From Candidatus Nanohaloarchaea archaeon (GTDB taxonomy: Archaea; Nanohalarchaeota; Nanosalinia; Nanosalinales; Nanosalinaceae): 64,000 bases of DNA. This document shows, one piece after another, positions 53,883-64,000 of this stretch (its first letter is position 1; each line of letters starts with the position of its first letter). The stretch covers positions 1-64,000 of the forward strand of contig JACOQA010000001.1 of assembly GCA_014297435.1 (NCBI GenBank). The letters run 5' to 3'. Made by a program: the position numbers and the translations under genes. The notes below the pieces were generated by a model. It searched no databases and was not told where the DNA came from. It was given only the letters and a program-made list of their open reading frames with translations.

Positions 53883-55570
53883 TTTAGCTCACCTATTCTA
53901 TAAAGGTAAGCCATTTCTGCTGTTACCAGAAGTCCTAGTAACACTGCAACCAGGTTTTGGATATTTTTTTGCTCAGTGCCTTCTTCTACATTACTGCCGG
54001 TCTTAGTTTGGATCTGTTCTTCGGAGGATTCGTCCTCGCTTTCGAGATTAGCTGCATAAGTTCTACCGGAGCTATTGTAGAAGCCTGTGTCGTATAGTGT
54101 TTTGGTTTCACCCTGTATTTGAAGCTGTTCGCCTGTTTCAACGTTTAATTGGTTGACGGAAGGTTCATCTACAAGCCTGCGGGTTATCTGTTTCCAGAAA
54201 ACAGGGTAAAGAAAGTCTTTATTGAAGTCACTATCGTCAATATTGTAGAACAGAACTTCGCCCTCTCCGTACTCTGCTTGTACTAATGCGTTTGAGCTAG
54301 CTGTAAGGCTTTCACCTCTCGTCCTATTAACCTCGATGACATTTGTAGTGCCTATGTCTATTCTACGAGGTTTTCTGATTTCAACATTCATATCTCGTGC
54401 TTCCCCGGTTTTTTCAACAGGAACTGAGTCCATGCCTGTTTCAATACCTGTTTCAGCAAAGGCTATCATGGCTTTACCAGATTTTGTCTGTGACTCTATT
54501 TCTGACACCGTCTCTGAAAGTAAATTGTCTGACTCGCCGATTATGTAGATGTCGGAATCAAGTTCCTGCTCGACTGGCGGCGTCAATTTTTCGAATTCAG
54601 TGAAATCAATCAAGTCGAAAGCCTTCCTCATGTAAGGATTTTCCTCTTCCGAAATCAAGGTCACCTTATAGTCGTTCTGTTCCGGATAGAAGAAGTAGGC
54701 TTCGTTATCAGCTTCAAGATCATCTGAAGGTAAGGAAAATCGATTCTTGCCTTCGTTTAAATCGAATTTAACTGTTGCTACTGCATTAGACTCTACTGTA
54801 ACATCCTTTATAGTTTCTCCATGTTCTACCGGCAGCTTTCTCGTCGAATTCGCAAAGTTTTTCACATCTATTGAAGCTTGACCTTCCTGGCTACCAACAC
54901 TCACTATACCCCAAGAGTTTGAAGTTTTCGCTTCGTAGGTTTTTACTGTTCTTCCGCTATCTCTTAACTGTTCTACTATCTCGGATGCATCTCTACTGTT
55001 GACTGTCTGGTCAAGATCGCTTGCGATTATAATAGGTCCTGAGTATCTGGATGCGACCTGTAGAGCGTTCGATATATCGGTCTCGGTCTCGGTGGCTTCG
55101 AGCTGATCTATTTTTGAGCTTGTCTGCGATCTATGTGCATTCTCTAGCGGTATATCGGTAGTTTCAGCGACTGTGAGAAGCGTGTTTTCAGGTCCTAGAT
55201 TCGATTTTGCAAAACTTTTCACGTCTTCAACTTCGTCAGTTATGCTTGCCGATCTATCCATAACTATTACTGCTCTGTCCGAGTTCGCTGGTGCATCAAG
55301 AAAAGGATCTGCTATCGCCGCAGCCATCCCAAGCACTAGAAGTATGTGGAATAGCAGCAAAAAGTTTCTTAGGAATGTTCTGAGAGCTGTTCTTGCTTTT
55401 CCTGACTTCCTGTTCTTCATGAAAAACATTATAGACGGCATTACTTCTTCGTCCGGCTTTTTCTTCACTAAATAGAATATTATCAGCGGGATAAGAGCTA
55501 GAGCTGCCAGAAATCCTTCCGGCTGAAGGAAGTAACCGCTCAAGAATTGCTGTCCCGGGAATGCCATCAT
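53876..55570 (-). CDS. BatA-type N-terminal domain + vWA membrane protein
   Basis: 'ALIPLIIFYL..PSIMFF', 'VMDRSAS', 'IASD', 'YPVFW', C-terminal TM. Confidence 0.85.
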   Translation of the reverse strand: MMAFPGQQFLSGYFLQPEGFLAALALIPLIIFYLVKKKPDEEVMPSIMFFMKNRKSGKARTALRTFLRNFLLLFHILLVLGMAAAIADPFLDAPANSDRAVIVMDRSASITDEVEDVKSFAKSNLGPENTLLTVAETTDIPLENAHRSQTSSKIDQLEATETETDISNALQVASRYSGPIIIASDLDQTVNSRDASEIVEQLRDSGRTVKTYEAKTSNSWGIVSVGSQEGQASIDVKNFANSTRKLPVEHGETIKDVTVESNAVATVKFDLNEGKNRFSLPSDDLEADNEAYFFYPEQNDYKVTLISEEENPYMRKAFDLIDFTEFEKLTPPVEQELDSDIYIIGESDNLLSETVSEIESQTKSGKAMIAFAETGIETGMDSVPVEKTGEARDMNVEIRKPRRIDIGTTNVIEVNRTRGESLTASSNALVQAEYGEGEVLFYNIDDSDFNKDFLYPVFWKQITRRLVDEPSVNQLNVETGEQLQIQGETKTLYDTGFYNSSGRTYAANLESEDESSEEQIQTKTGSNVEEGTEQKNIQNLVAVLLGLLVTAEMAYLYRIGELKW

Positions 55571-55616
55571 CTAATAATTGAGCAGGGGGTTATAAACAAG
55601 TTTTACCAGTCCAGCG

Positions 55617-58307
55617 TTACTTTTCCTCAATCCTCTCCATCACCTGTTCATGAAGGTTCTGAAGCCTCTCCTTCTTATCCTCCATCTTAACCACATCAGT
55701 TGAGCCTTGGAGCAGCAGGTTATGGGAGAATGGCGAGGGTATATCCGAATCTATAACCTCGAAACTTATGTCTCCGCCGTCAATCTTTTCCACAACCTCT
55801 TTGGTATGCTTGATATCCATAGCATCCTCCATGATCTCCCGGTAAGTCTCCTTTACCATAGGGAAGTCCTCGGAATGCTCGTTCCTTATTGTCGAAAGAA
55901 GGAAGTGTCCTTTCATCTGTTGCTGTCCTACTGTCTTCGAGTTTCCGCCGTAGTTTCGAAGTATCATGAGAGACCTTCCGGCTACGTGCCTGAAACGTCT
56001 TTTCATAAGCTCGGTCTTTCCAACAGCATCTTTAAGTTCCTCTTCAAGATCGCAGCTCGCTAACTCGTCCATCAGCTTTTCTATATCTATAGGTCTTCTT
56101 GGAGTGATTAGAATGAAGCCGTTGTCGTCTATAACCATGCCAATGTTTGAACTTACTCGTTTCTGGAGAAGATGTGCCATTATTCGAGCCATCGCATCGT
56201 GAGTTCTTCTTCCGTAGATAGTATGGAAGATAAAGTTCTGTCTATTGTCTTCATCGATGTGTTTCTCAACTGTGATATCTTCATGTGTTGAAACTTTTCC
56301 GAGGAACTGTTTCTGCTGTTTAATATACCTGTAAATGGCTTCTGCAGTATTCTCATCGAGGTAGTAGTTGTGCATGATCCACTGGATGATGTCGTCGTCC
56401 CCCGCTCCAAGTTCAAGCTGGTCTGCTACCTGTTTACGGAATTCCCCGATTTTAACACCTAGATCATATGAGAGAGGAAGCCTCTCCGAGTACCAGGAAG
56501 GTACTGTAGGTGATGCATTAGGTTTAGGATCTACAAATACCTTCATGCCTTTTGCATAGCTGAACTTGTACGTGCTTCCTCCGAGCGTGAAAATATCTCC
56601 TTTGGTAAGTCTGTCAAGAAATTCCTCATCCAAGGTTCCAACATAGTTTCCTTCGCCCCTGGTCTTCACATCGTACCCGGTTTCATCCGGTATAGTTCCG
56701 ATGTTTGTCATGTAGATTACTCGAGTCATCTTGCCTGAGCGTCCGAGAAGGTTTTCATCTCGGTCAATCCATATCTTCCTGTAGACGTTCTGATCCTCTA
56801 ATTCGTACTCTCCGCCTAAGTACTTCAGAACATCATCATAGTTGTTTCGTGAAAGAGTTCTGTAGCAGTAAGATTTTCTTATGACGTTGAAAGCGTGGTC
56901 CAGATCCCACTTATGGTTACACGCCATACCGACCATGTGCTGTGCTAGTACATCAAGAGCGTTCTCCGGTATCTGTATACGGTCGAGCTCGTCTTCTTTA
57001 GCGCATTTTGTAAGAACAGAGCATTCCAGCGCATCGTCTCTATCGTTTACAATCATTTTGCCCTTTGCTTTTTCACCTATCTGGTGTCCTGAACGACCAA
57101 CTCTCTGTATCCCTCTCGCAACACCTTTCGGAGAACCGATCTGTATCACAAGATCAACGGAACCGATATCGACACCTAGTTCCAACGATGTTGAGGTTAC
57201 ACCGACTTTCATTTCGCCTTTCTTCAGCTTCTCCTCGACTTCCAAACGTTTCTCTCTTGACATCGATGAGTGGTGCGCGCCTATGTTCTCATTGTAATGG
57301 TCTGGAAACCGATCTTTTAGGTTGTTCACAACTCTCTCCGTTGCGCTCCTAGTATTCGTGAATATTATAGTTGATTCGTGGTTCTGCGCTAAGTTGTGGA
57401 TTTTGTCGTACATCGCCTCGTTTACGATCCCCGGATCCTCGTTAATCAGATCTTTAACGGGTGAAACTGTTTCAAGGTCAATCTCCTTTGAAGCCGCAAC
57501 GTCAACAATATTACACCCTCTTGTATCGTATTCGCCCTCTTCGGCGGGCTCTGCCGCTTTTATCTCCTCATCGTACTCTGTAACGGTTGTAGAAGTATCT
57601 TCTTCAACATCGTAACCTACGAGGTATTTGGCTATTTCATCGATAGGTGCCTGTGTAGCTGACAGTCCTATACGTGTGAAATCGTTGTTAGCCATTTCCT
57701 GCAGTCTTTCCATAGATAGTGAAAGATGAACTCCTCTCTTGTTCTCTGAAATCGAGTGTATCTCGTCGATTATAGTATACTTTACGTTCTTCAGCTTCTC
57801 CTTGAACTTTGGCGAGTTTATCAAAATGCCTAGTGTTTCTGGGGTTGTTATGAGGATATGCGGAGGTTTGTCAAGCATCTTTGATTTTTCCGCGTCAGTA
57901 GTATCGCCTGTTCTAACAGCGCTTCGTACTTCGGGAACATCGTAACCCATTTCCTCTGCCCTTTCCTTTATTCCATCTAGAGGTTCTTCGAGGTTACGTT
58001 CAATGTCGTTTCCAAGAGCACGTAGAGGGGAGATATAGAGAACATATACTTCATCGTCCAGTTCGCCTTCGTCTCCCATCATGAAAAGCTCGTTTAGACC
58101 CGACATAAATGCGCTTAGTGTTTTACCCGAACCGGTCGGCGCACAGATCAATGAGTTCTTATTTTCGTGGATCAGGTCGAAAGAAAACTTCTGTGGAGGG
58201 CTGAGAGATTCAAACTTCGAATTAAACCATTCCTTGACGTAGGGTTCGAACTCTTCCGGAAGTTCTTCTGATGCGTCTTCCTGATCAACAAAGTTTATTC
58301 TGTTCAC
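55617..58307 (-). CDS. lhr: Lhr-core ATP-dependent helicase
   Basis: 'APTGSGKT', 'YISPLRALGNDI', 'ITTPET', 'IDEIH', 'SAT', 'SLELGVDIG', 'QRVGRSGH', 'GTIPD'. Confidence 0.95.
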   Translation of the reverse strand: MNRINFVDQEDASEELPEEFEPYVKEWFNSKFESLSPPQKFSFDLIHENKNSLICAPTGSGKTLSAFMSGLNELFMMGDEGELDDEVYVLYISPLRALGNDIERNLEEPLDGIKERAEEMGYDVPEVRSAVRTGDTTDAEKSKMLDKPPHILITTPETLGILINSPKFKEKLKNVKYTIIDEIHSISENKRGVHLSLSMERLQEMANNDFTRIGLSATQAPIDEIAKYLVGYDVEEDTSTTVTEYDEEIKAAEPAEEGEYDTRGCNIVDVAASKEIDLETVSPVKDLINEDPGIVNEAMYDKIHNLAQNHESTIIFTNTRSATERVVNNLKDRFPDHYNENIGAHHSSMSREKRLEVEEKLKKGEMKVGVTSTSLELGVDIGSVDLVIQIGSPKGVARGIQRVGRSGHQIGEKAKGKMIVNDRDDALECSVLTKCAKEDELDRIQIPENALDVLAQHMVGMACNHKWDLDHAFNVIRKSYCYRTLSRNNYDDVLKYLGGEYELEDQNVYRKIWIDRDENLLGRSGKMTRVIYMTNIGTIPDETGYDVKTRGEGNYVGTLDEEFLDRLTKGDIFTLGGSTYKFSYAKGMKVFVDPKPNASPTVPSWYSERLPLSYDLGVKIGEFRKQVADQLELGAGDDDIIQWIMHNYYLDENTAEAIYRYIKQQKQFLGKVSTHEDITVEKHIDEDNRQNFIFHTIYGRRTHDAMARIMAHLLQKRVSSNIGMVIDDNGFILITPRRPIDIEKLMDELASCDLEEELKDAVGKTELMKRRFRHVAGRSLMILRNYGGNSKTVGQQQMKGHFLLSTIRNEHSEDFPMVKETYREIMEDAMDIKHTKEVVEKIDGGDISFEVIDSDIPSPFSHNLLLQGSTDVVKMEDKKERLQNLHEQVMERIEEK

Positions 58308-58330
58308 GATTCAGGAATGAGATACAATCT

Positions 58331-59191
58331 TTAAGACTCTGGCGCAGCGAGCTTACCTGCTAGTAACCGGAAAATCAGGGCGGAGAGCGCTGTGAAAACA
58401 CCGATTAAAGGATGCAGCGAATAGAAACCTAGGGCGACTACCGGAACTAAGAGAATCAGATTATCGGTAAGGAAGCTGCTCATATTGCTGGAAACCTCTT
58501 CGACCATTTCCTCCGTGTTCATTCCGGACTTTGACTGGTTAATCAATGTTTCAGGCACTTCATTCCTTGCATTGGAAAAAGAATCCAAAATAGTCATGTT
58601 TGCTTCTCGTGAAAGATCGCCAGAGTTGTTCAAGACGTGCTGTTGTGTCAGACTGATCGAAGCCCTGCTAGTTTGTCTTATCACTCTTTCTCCCGCATTT
58701 TTCTGCGTCTCCATGATTCCGGAGGCATCTAGAATCTTAGACGTCTGGTCTGACATAAATCCGCTAACCGAGGATTCGATCTGGTTTTCAAATGAGGGCT
58801 GTGTCGACGCACCTACAAACAACCCGGCGCCAAGCAAGACACCAATTGTGAGCATAGGCAGGCTTACCGAGCTGTAATAATCTTTGAAGCTATCGCCGCT
58901 TGCGAAAACAGAGGTCAAGATATTTCCTAAAATAATGATTATAGCTATCGGAGCTAGCTTTTCGATAAGCAGGAAAGGTAAAGCAAAAATAGTTAGTAAG
59001 GATGAGAAATGAAAGCTCTCGCTCGAAATAAAAGCTGTATAGCCGAACAAGATAGTCACTGGGATCAGAAATACTCCGGTCGTGATTTTGGAAGTATTGA
59101 AGAAATAGGCTGATGAAAGCGCCAGCATTACCAGACTGAATTCTGCAACATACTCCAGATAGTTATCCTCAAGACCCATTACTAAAGCCAA
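58331..59191 (-). CDS. Integral membrane hypothetical protein
   Basis: Several TM segments flanking a soluble loop. Confidence 0.7.
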   Translation of the reverse strand: MALVMGLEDNYLEYVAEFSLVMLALSSAYFFNTSKITTGVFLIPVTILFGYTAFISSESFHFSSLLTIFALPFLLIEKLAPIAIIIILGNILTSVFASGDSFKDYYSSVSLPMLTIGVLLGAGLFVGASTQPSFENQIESSVSGFMSDQTSKILDASGIMETQKNAGERVIRQTSRASISLTQQHVLNNSGDLSREANMTILDSFSNARNEVPETLINQSKSGMNTEEMVEEVSSNMSSFLTDNLILLVPVVALGFYSLHPLIGVFTALSALIFRLLAGKLAAPES

Positions 59192-59208
59192 ATTTCAGAG
59201 TTTCAAAT

Positions 59209-60144
59209 TTAAACCCCGATGGTCTCAGAAATTATAGATTCGGCATGTCCCCGGTCTTCAGCCTCGACAATTGCTCTACCTGAATGAAAGAAAACTATTT
59301 CTCTCCTGTCTAACTTTGCTCTAACCAGATACTCATTTTCTGCAATTATATTGCCGGCTTCTTTGACAGATTCATACGCTTCCTCACCAAAATCTTTCTC
59401 AATCTGAAACTTGTTTTCTCCACAAACGGAGGAAACTTTCTTTTTGGAGTTAAGTGTATCGAAGTTCTTGTATTCGCATACTTCACAGCCATGGCTTTCG
59501 ATTTCAAAACTCTGACCATCAGTAGTATCAAGTGTTTCTTTTGGAGGTTTGTCTGTAAGGTACTTGACGGCTTTTTCTGCACTTATTGAAGCTGCAGTTG
59601 TTGAGGTTTCTCTCAGGATTCCAGCTGACTCACAAGTGTCCAAAGCTCCCGGACTCACTTGTTCAAAAACACAGTTGAAGCATTTAGAGTCTAGAAACAT
59701 CGAATAACCTTTTTCAGCAATTGCGGAAGTGTATATCCAAGGAGTGTCTGTTTTCTTAGAAAATTCGTTTAGCAAAAACCGTGTCTCCATATTGTCGGTA
59801 CCGTCTACCATAAGATCGACGTCTTCAAGCTTCTCAACTGTTTCCGGGTTAAGCGATTCGTTAAATGACTCAACTTCTGTGAACTTTTCCAAGTAATTTT
59901 CCGCCGCTACGGCTTTTGGAAGGCTTTTCTCGCATTCTTCAGGAGTATAGATATTCGAAGAATATACATCGTTCTCTTCTAGATAGTCTCTATCAAATAG
60001 AACCAGGTCCACTCCATGTCTTGCAAGATGTTCGGCTATAGCCGAGCCTGTAGCTCCCAGACCTATTACAGCTACTTTCGAATTCTGTAACTGTTTAAGC
60101 TCGGTCTCTCCAAATTCTTGAAGCGCTTTGAAACGGCTGTACAT
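59209..60144 (-). CDS. ThiF/MoeB/E1-like adenylyltransferase
   Basis: 'YSR', 'VIGLGATG', 'DRD', 'DGTDNMETRFLLN', CxxC pairs (CFNC, CEVC), extra C-terminal domain. Confidence 0.88.
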   Translation of the reverse strand: MYSRFKALQEFGETELKQLQNSKVAVIGLGATGSAIAEHLARHGVDLVLFDRDYLEENDVYSSNIYTPEECEKSLPKAVAAENYLEKFTEVESFNESLNPETVEKLEDVDLMVDGTDNMETRFLLNEFSKKTDTPWIYTSAIAEKGYSMFLDSKCFNCVFEQVSPGALDTCESAGILRETSTTAASISAEKAVKYLTDKPPKETLDTTDGQSFEIESHGCEVCEYKNFDTLNSKKKVSSVCGENKFQIEKDFGEEAYESVKEAGNIIAENEYLVRAKLDRREIVFFHSGRAIVEAEDRGHAESIISETIGV

Positions 60145-60208
60145 ACGGTTTCAACAGCTCTGGAAGCTTTATTAAGCTGGCGGAGTCAAGCCTTGACTGT
60201 GGTCATTC

Positions 60209-61036
60209 ATGGTATCTCTTCCTCCGCAACTTACCAACAAAATTGAACTAATAGGCTTCTCAATCTCCCCACAAATCATAATTGTAGCTCTTCTAGTCGT
60301 TTTCGGCGGCTGGGTGGCTAACAAGATATCAAATGTCTTTATCCAAAGAGCAGTAAAAAGGAGAGGTGGTGACTTGCATGCAGCAGTTACGGGGAAGAAG
60401 ATATCAGCTTACATCATATACACATTAACGTTTATAGTCCTTCTAGGCGTATTTGGAGTACCTCTAACTTCACTTGGTGCGGTAGTAGGTCTTGTAGGTT
60501 TAGGGCTTTCCTTCGCCCTGAAAGACATGATTGCCAACTTCATTTCAGGGGTCTTTATCCTTGCGAACGGAGAGTTCAAGATAGGAGATCAGATCGAGGT
60601 CGCTGGAGAGGAAGGCACCATCAAGGATATTAAGATCCGAGCGACCGATATCAAAACCTTTGATGGACGAAAAGTAATCGTTCCGAACTCACAGCTCTAC
60701 AGCGATGTAGTTATCAACAACACAGCTTACGATGAAAGAAGGTTCGAGGTCGTAGTCGGAATAGGTTACGATGACGATATTGAGAAGGCAAAGGAACTTG
60801 CTTTCGAAGCATTGGAGGAAGCAGAAGGAATAGAAGCTGAACCCGAACCTCAAGTCTTAGTTAATGAGCTAGGAGGGTCTTCTGTTAATCTGAAGCTTAG
60901 AGGCTGGACTAAACCGACCAGAGCGAGTCAGGTAAAGGCTTCGTCTGAACTAACTCAACTCGTCAAGGAAAAGTACGATGGAGCAGGAATAGACATTCCG
61001 TATCCAATCAGAACAGTTTACATGAACGAGGAATAA
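60209..61036 (+). CDS. mscS: Small-conductance mechanosensitive channel MscS (canonical)
   Basis: 'GLSFALKDMIANFISG', 'FKIGDQI', 'IVPN', 'VGIGYDDD', 'IDIPYP'. Confidence 0.93.
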   Translation: MVSLPPQLTNKIELIGFSISPQIIIVALLVVFGGWVANKISNVFIQRAVKRRGGDLHAAVTGKKISAYIIYTLTFIVLLGVFGVPLTSLGAVVGLVGLGLSFALKDMIANFISGVFILANGEFKIGDQIEVAGEEGTIKDIKIRATDIKTFDGRKVIVPNSQLYSDVVINNTAYDERRFEVVVGIGYDDDIEKAKELAFEALEEAEGIEAEPEPQVLVNELGGSSVNLKLRGWTKPTRASQVKASSELTQLVKEKYDGAGIDIPYPIRTVYMNEE

Positions 61037-61096
61037 GGAAGGGAGTTACCTCCCTGTTTCCCATTTTTTCTTAAGCCTTCCATTCAAACCTGAGGT

Positions 61097-61408
61097 ATGC
61101 CAACCAATATTGATTCCGAGAAGATGGAGGATATCAAAAATTCTGATGAGACATGGGTAGTGGATTTCTGGGCTGAATGGTGCGGTCCCTGCAAAAAACT
61201 GGCGCCAAGATTCGAAGAAGTCTCCGAAGAACTGGACTCAGTCAACTTTGGAAAAGTCGATATGGAAGAGAACCAACAGATCGGAACCAGCGAAGGAATA
61301 AGAGCCCTTCCCACGCTCGTAATATACAGTGATGGTGAGGAAGTCGCGAGAAAGAGTGGCTTGATGAAGAAAGAAGAGTTGAAGAACTGGATTCAGGAAA
61401 AAGCCTAG
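61097..61408 (+). CDS. trxA: Thioredoxin
   Basis: 'DFWAEWCGPC', 'IRALPT'. Confidence 0.96.
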   Translation: MPTNIDSEKMEDIKNSDETWVVDFWAEWCGPCKKLAPRFEEVSEELDSVNFGKVDMEENQQIGTSEGIRALPTLVIYSDGEEVARKSGLMKKEELKNWIQEKA

Positions 61409-61905
61409 AGATACTCTGTCCAGTCAACACTTCCGAAACCGGTTTCCCCGTTTTCTACCTTCTCTATTACTTCTTCTGCAACGCGTTCAGCGCTTCTCTC
61501 TGTAGTATCAACTTCTATAATATCATCTTGTTTATGGACAGCTTCTGAAAGTATTATATCCAGTATCTCGGACTCAACATTCTCCTCAATCTTTTGCTCA
61601 GAGTAATCTCGGGTAGAAAGTCTTTCACGTAGTTCCTCAGGGTTGCATCTTAGGGCTATACAGTAATCTGCTTCGAAATGGTGCGAGAGATGACCTTCAA
61701 TTACAATATCTTTTTCTCTATCAATTTCTTTTTCCAGTGCTTCAACCATTTCCGGGATATCGACTTCGAACTCATCTCCTGGTTCTCCAAGACCTCTCTG
61801 CTTCACGAACTTAGTAAGATCTACTACTTCAAAGCCTTCGTTCTTCAGGTTCTCTGCGACTGAGGTTTTTCCGGTTCCGGGCGTCCCGGTTAATGCTATG
61901 ATCAT
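61405..61905 (-). CDS. Adenylate kinase AK6/Fap7 family
   Basis: Real start MIIALTGTPGTGKT at 61905; 'EGHLSH', 'RLSTRDYSEQKIEENVESE'. Confidence 0.9.
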   Translation of the reverse strand: MIIALTGTPGTGKTSVAENLKNEGFEVVDLTKFVKQRGLGEPGDEFEVDIPEMVEALEKEIDREKDIVIEGHLSHHFEADYCIALRCNPEELRERLSTRDYSEQKIEENVESEILDIILSEAVHKQDDIIEVDTTERSAERVAEEVIEKVENGETGFGSVDWTEYL

Positions 61906-61958
61906 AGTTTCAAAGCGGGATTGGAAAGAATAAAAGGTTGGTTTCCAGAACTTTAGGT

Positions 61959-62906
61959 ATGATTGAAGTTTGGACGGAAAAGTACAGACCTGACACACTT
62001 TCGGAAGTCGTCGGACAGGAAAAAATAGTAGACAGGCTTTCAGCCTTCGAAGACAGAGGTTCAATACCTCACCTAATGTTCACGGGTCCAGCAGGAACAG
62101 GAAAGACAACGTGCGCTATTGCATTAGCTAAGGATATCTACGGCGATGAATGGAAGCAAAACTTCATGGAGACAAACGCCTCAGATGAGAGAGGTATTGA
62201 TGTCGTAAGGGAGAAGATCAAAGACTTCGCACGTACAAAGGCAGTTAATGCCGAGTTCAAGATAATCTTTCTTGACGAAGCTGACGCACTCACTCAAGAT
62301 GCACAGCAAGCTTTGAGGAGAACTATGGAGCAGTTTTCGGAGAACTGCAGATTTATTCTCTCATGCAACTACTCGTCCAAAATTATCGATCCGATACAGT
62401 CCCGCTGCTCCGTCTTCCGCTTTAATAGGCTTGAAGAAGAAAAAGTAAAAGAATATATCAAGAGAATAGCAGAAAATGAAGGATTCAAGGTTTCCGAGGA
62501 GGCTGTTAACGCTGTCTTACGTGTTTCAGATGGTGATCTTAGAAGAGTTACCAACGTTCTACAGACAGCTTCGATGGAGAACGACAAGGTTGAGGAAGAT
62601 GACATTTACGGCGCTGCAGCATCTCTAAGACCTGAGGAAATTAATGAAGTCCTTGAAAAAGCTTTAGATGGGGAATTTATGGATGCACGTGATCAGCTTT
62701 CAGGACTTATGATTGATCGAGGGCTTGACGGACAGGACGTTATAAACGCGATCCATAGGGAGGTTCTTGATCTTGAAATCTCAGATGAAGGAAAACTTAG
62801 GATCATCGATAACTTGGGAGAGTTCGAGTTCAGAATTGCGGAAGGCGGATCAAGTGATATACAGATCGAAGCACTTCTAGCCAAAATCGCAGATCTCGAT
62901 GAGTAA
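61959..62906 (+). CDS. rfcS: Replication factor C small subunit
   Basis: 'WTEKYRP', 'GPAGTGKT', 'NASDERG', 'DEAD', 'IQSRC'. Confidence 0.96.
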   Translation: MIEVWTEKYRPDTLSEVVGQEKIVDRLSAFEDRGSIPHLMFTGPAGTGKTTCAIALAKDIYGDEWKQNFMETNASDERGIDVVREKIKDFARTKAVNAEFKIIFLDEADALTQDAQQALRRTMEQFSENCRFILSCNYSSKIIDPIQSRCSVFRFNRLEEEKVKEYIKRIAENEGFKVSEEAVNAVLRVSDGDLRRVTNVLQTASMENDKVEEDDIYGAAASLRPEEINEVLEKALDGEFMDARDQLSGLMIDRGLDGQDVINAIHREVLDLEISDEGKLRIIDNLGEFEFRIAEGGSSDIQIEALLAKIADLDE

Positions 62907-62912
62907 CTGACT

Positions 62913-64000
62913 ATGTGGGTAGAAAAGTATAGACCGGAAAGCCTCGATGAGTATCGAGGAGCGAAGAAAGAAAAGAAGAAGCTGAAAGAATGGGCGGAAG
63001 ACTGGGAAAAAGGCGATGGTCCTGCCATGCTTCACGGTCCGGCAGGAACAGGAAAAACCTCTCTTGTTGAAGCTCTGGCAAACGACCTTGATCTTGAAAT
63101 GGTCGAGACGAACGCCTCTGATGTTAGGACGAAGAAAAAACTGAAGAAGGAGTTGAAAGAGGCAACAAGACAAAAATCATTCTTTGGAGGTCAGAAGCTG
63201 ATTCTGATAGACGAAGTTGATGGAATGGGGTCAACTGACAGAGGCGGTACTCAAGAACTCAATAGAATTGTGGACGAAACACGTTTCCCAGTGGTTATGA
63301 CGGCTAACGATGCCTATGATTCAAAGATCCGTAGTCTAAAGAATAAATCTAAGATGATTGAGATAGGGAAAGTCCATACAAACTCGATTAATGCACATCT
63401 GAAGAAAATACTTGAAAACGAAGGTGTCGAGTATGAAGATGGCGCAGTAAAGCGTATCGCAAGACAGGCGAACGGGCAAATGCGCTCAGCTATAAATGAT
63501 CTTGAGGCGGCTGCTGCAGGACAGGAAGAACTAGCCAAAGATGATTTACAGGCGATAGGTGTAAGAGATAATGAACAGGAGATCTTTGATGCTTTGAAGA
63601 TGGTTTTTAAGACCGATAGCGCTTCTACAGCTAAGAGAGCTACTGATAACCTTGATGAGGACGCAGATACCTTCCTCCAATGGATAAGGGAGAACGTTCC
63701 ACGTGAATATGAAAGATCAGAAGATATCTCTTCTGCATATAACTGGGTTTCAAAAGCAGATATATTTAACGGAAGAATTCATATAAGGCAGAACTGGAAA
63801 CTGCTGAAATACGTCTATCTCTACTCTACAGTCGGAGTAGCGCTTTCGAAGCGGCAGAAATACAAAGGCTGGACTAAGTACCAGTATCCTTCAAAGATCC
63901 GGAAGATGGGCAGTTCGAAAGCAGCACGTAACCAGATGGACTCGGTTTCGAAGAAGATAGGTGAAAAACTACATATCTCCATGAGGGAGTCAAAGTCGAC
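62913..64000 (+). CDS. rfcL: Replication factor C large subunit (partial, runs off the right edge)
   Basis: Not in the ORF track. My translation from ATG 62913: MWVEKYRPESL..HGPAGTGKT..ETNASDVR..LIDEVDG..MTAND. Confidence 0.93.
   Translation, partial: MWVEKYRPESLDEYRGAKKEKKKLKEWAEDWEKGDGPAMLHGPAGTGKTSLVEALANDLDLEMVETNASDVRTKKKLKKELKEATRQKSFFGGQKLILIDEVDGMGSTDRGGTQELNRIVDETRFPVVMTANDAYDSKIRSLKNKSKMIEIGKVHTNSINAHLKKILENEGVEYEDGAVKRIARQANGQMRSAINDLEAAAAGQEELAKDDLQAIGVRDNEQEIFDALKMVFKTDSASTAKRATDNLDEDADTFLQWIRENVPREYERSEDISSAYNWVSKADIFNGRIHIRQNWKLLKYVYLYSTVGVALSKRQKYKGWTKYQYPSKIRKMGSSKAARNQMDSVSKKIGEKLHISMRESKS

Noticed and set aside
61906-62064. Long N-terminal extensions given by the ORF track for AK6 (similarly trkA, smc, rps27ae, the HTH gene and tfb)
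   Set aside because: They overlap neighbouring genes or promoters, and downstream ATGs match the family N-termini.
61959-64000. Inteins in RFC subunits (also considered for Lhr and TFB)
   Set aside because: Lengths and motif spacing are normal, with no intein blocks; the short acidic insert in Lhr is only a loop.

Overview
This window is a gene-dense archaeal chromosome segment with a strongly acidic proteome and short intergenic spacers. Gene content and protein style point to a halophilic DPANN archaeon, most likely Nanohaloarchaeota (inference). Most of it is housekeeping. It holds TFB, Rqc2/NEMF, smc-scpA-scpB and rps15-recJ-rps3Ae. It also holds the rps6e-eif2g-PIN-rpoE1-spt4-rps24e-rps27ae-kae1-(sua5)-bud32 super-operon, Trk/Kef/MscS transporters, photolyase, a MoxR/vWA cluster, Lhr, AK6 and RFC. 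Features missing from the ORF track that I read from the sequence are: tRNA-Pro(GGG) with an atypical C33; tRNA-Leu(CAA) with a 40-nt D-loop intron; a complete dual-guide box C/D sRNA apparently aimed at 16S rRNA; a tnpB-only IS element inserted at the rps27ae stop codon (compact nuclease with rearranged RuvC, omega-RNA pseudoknot, reconstructable TTAC target); and two genes that appear to start at ATT/ATC. The best candidate for an undescribed system is a four-gene module inserted behind eif2g. It encodes an MscS-type channel fused to a catalytically dead C39-like papain-fold domain, a degenerate plus intact RimK-like ATP-grasp pair, and a third, convergent ATP-grasp ligase. An SMC with roughly half-length arms also stands out. 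All family calls come from motif recognition by eye; no database searches were run.
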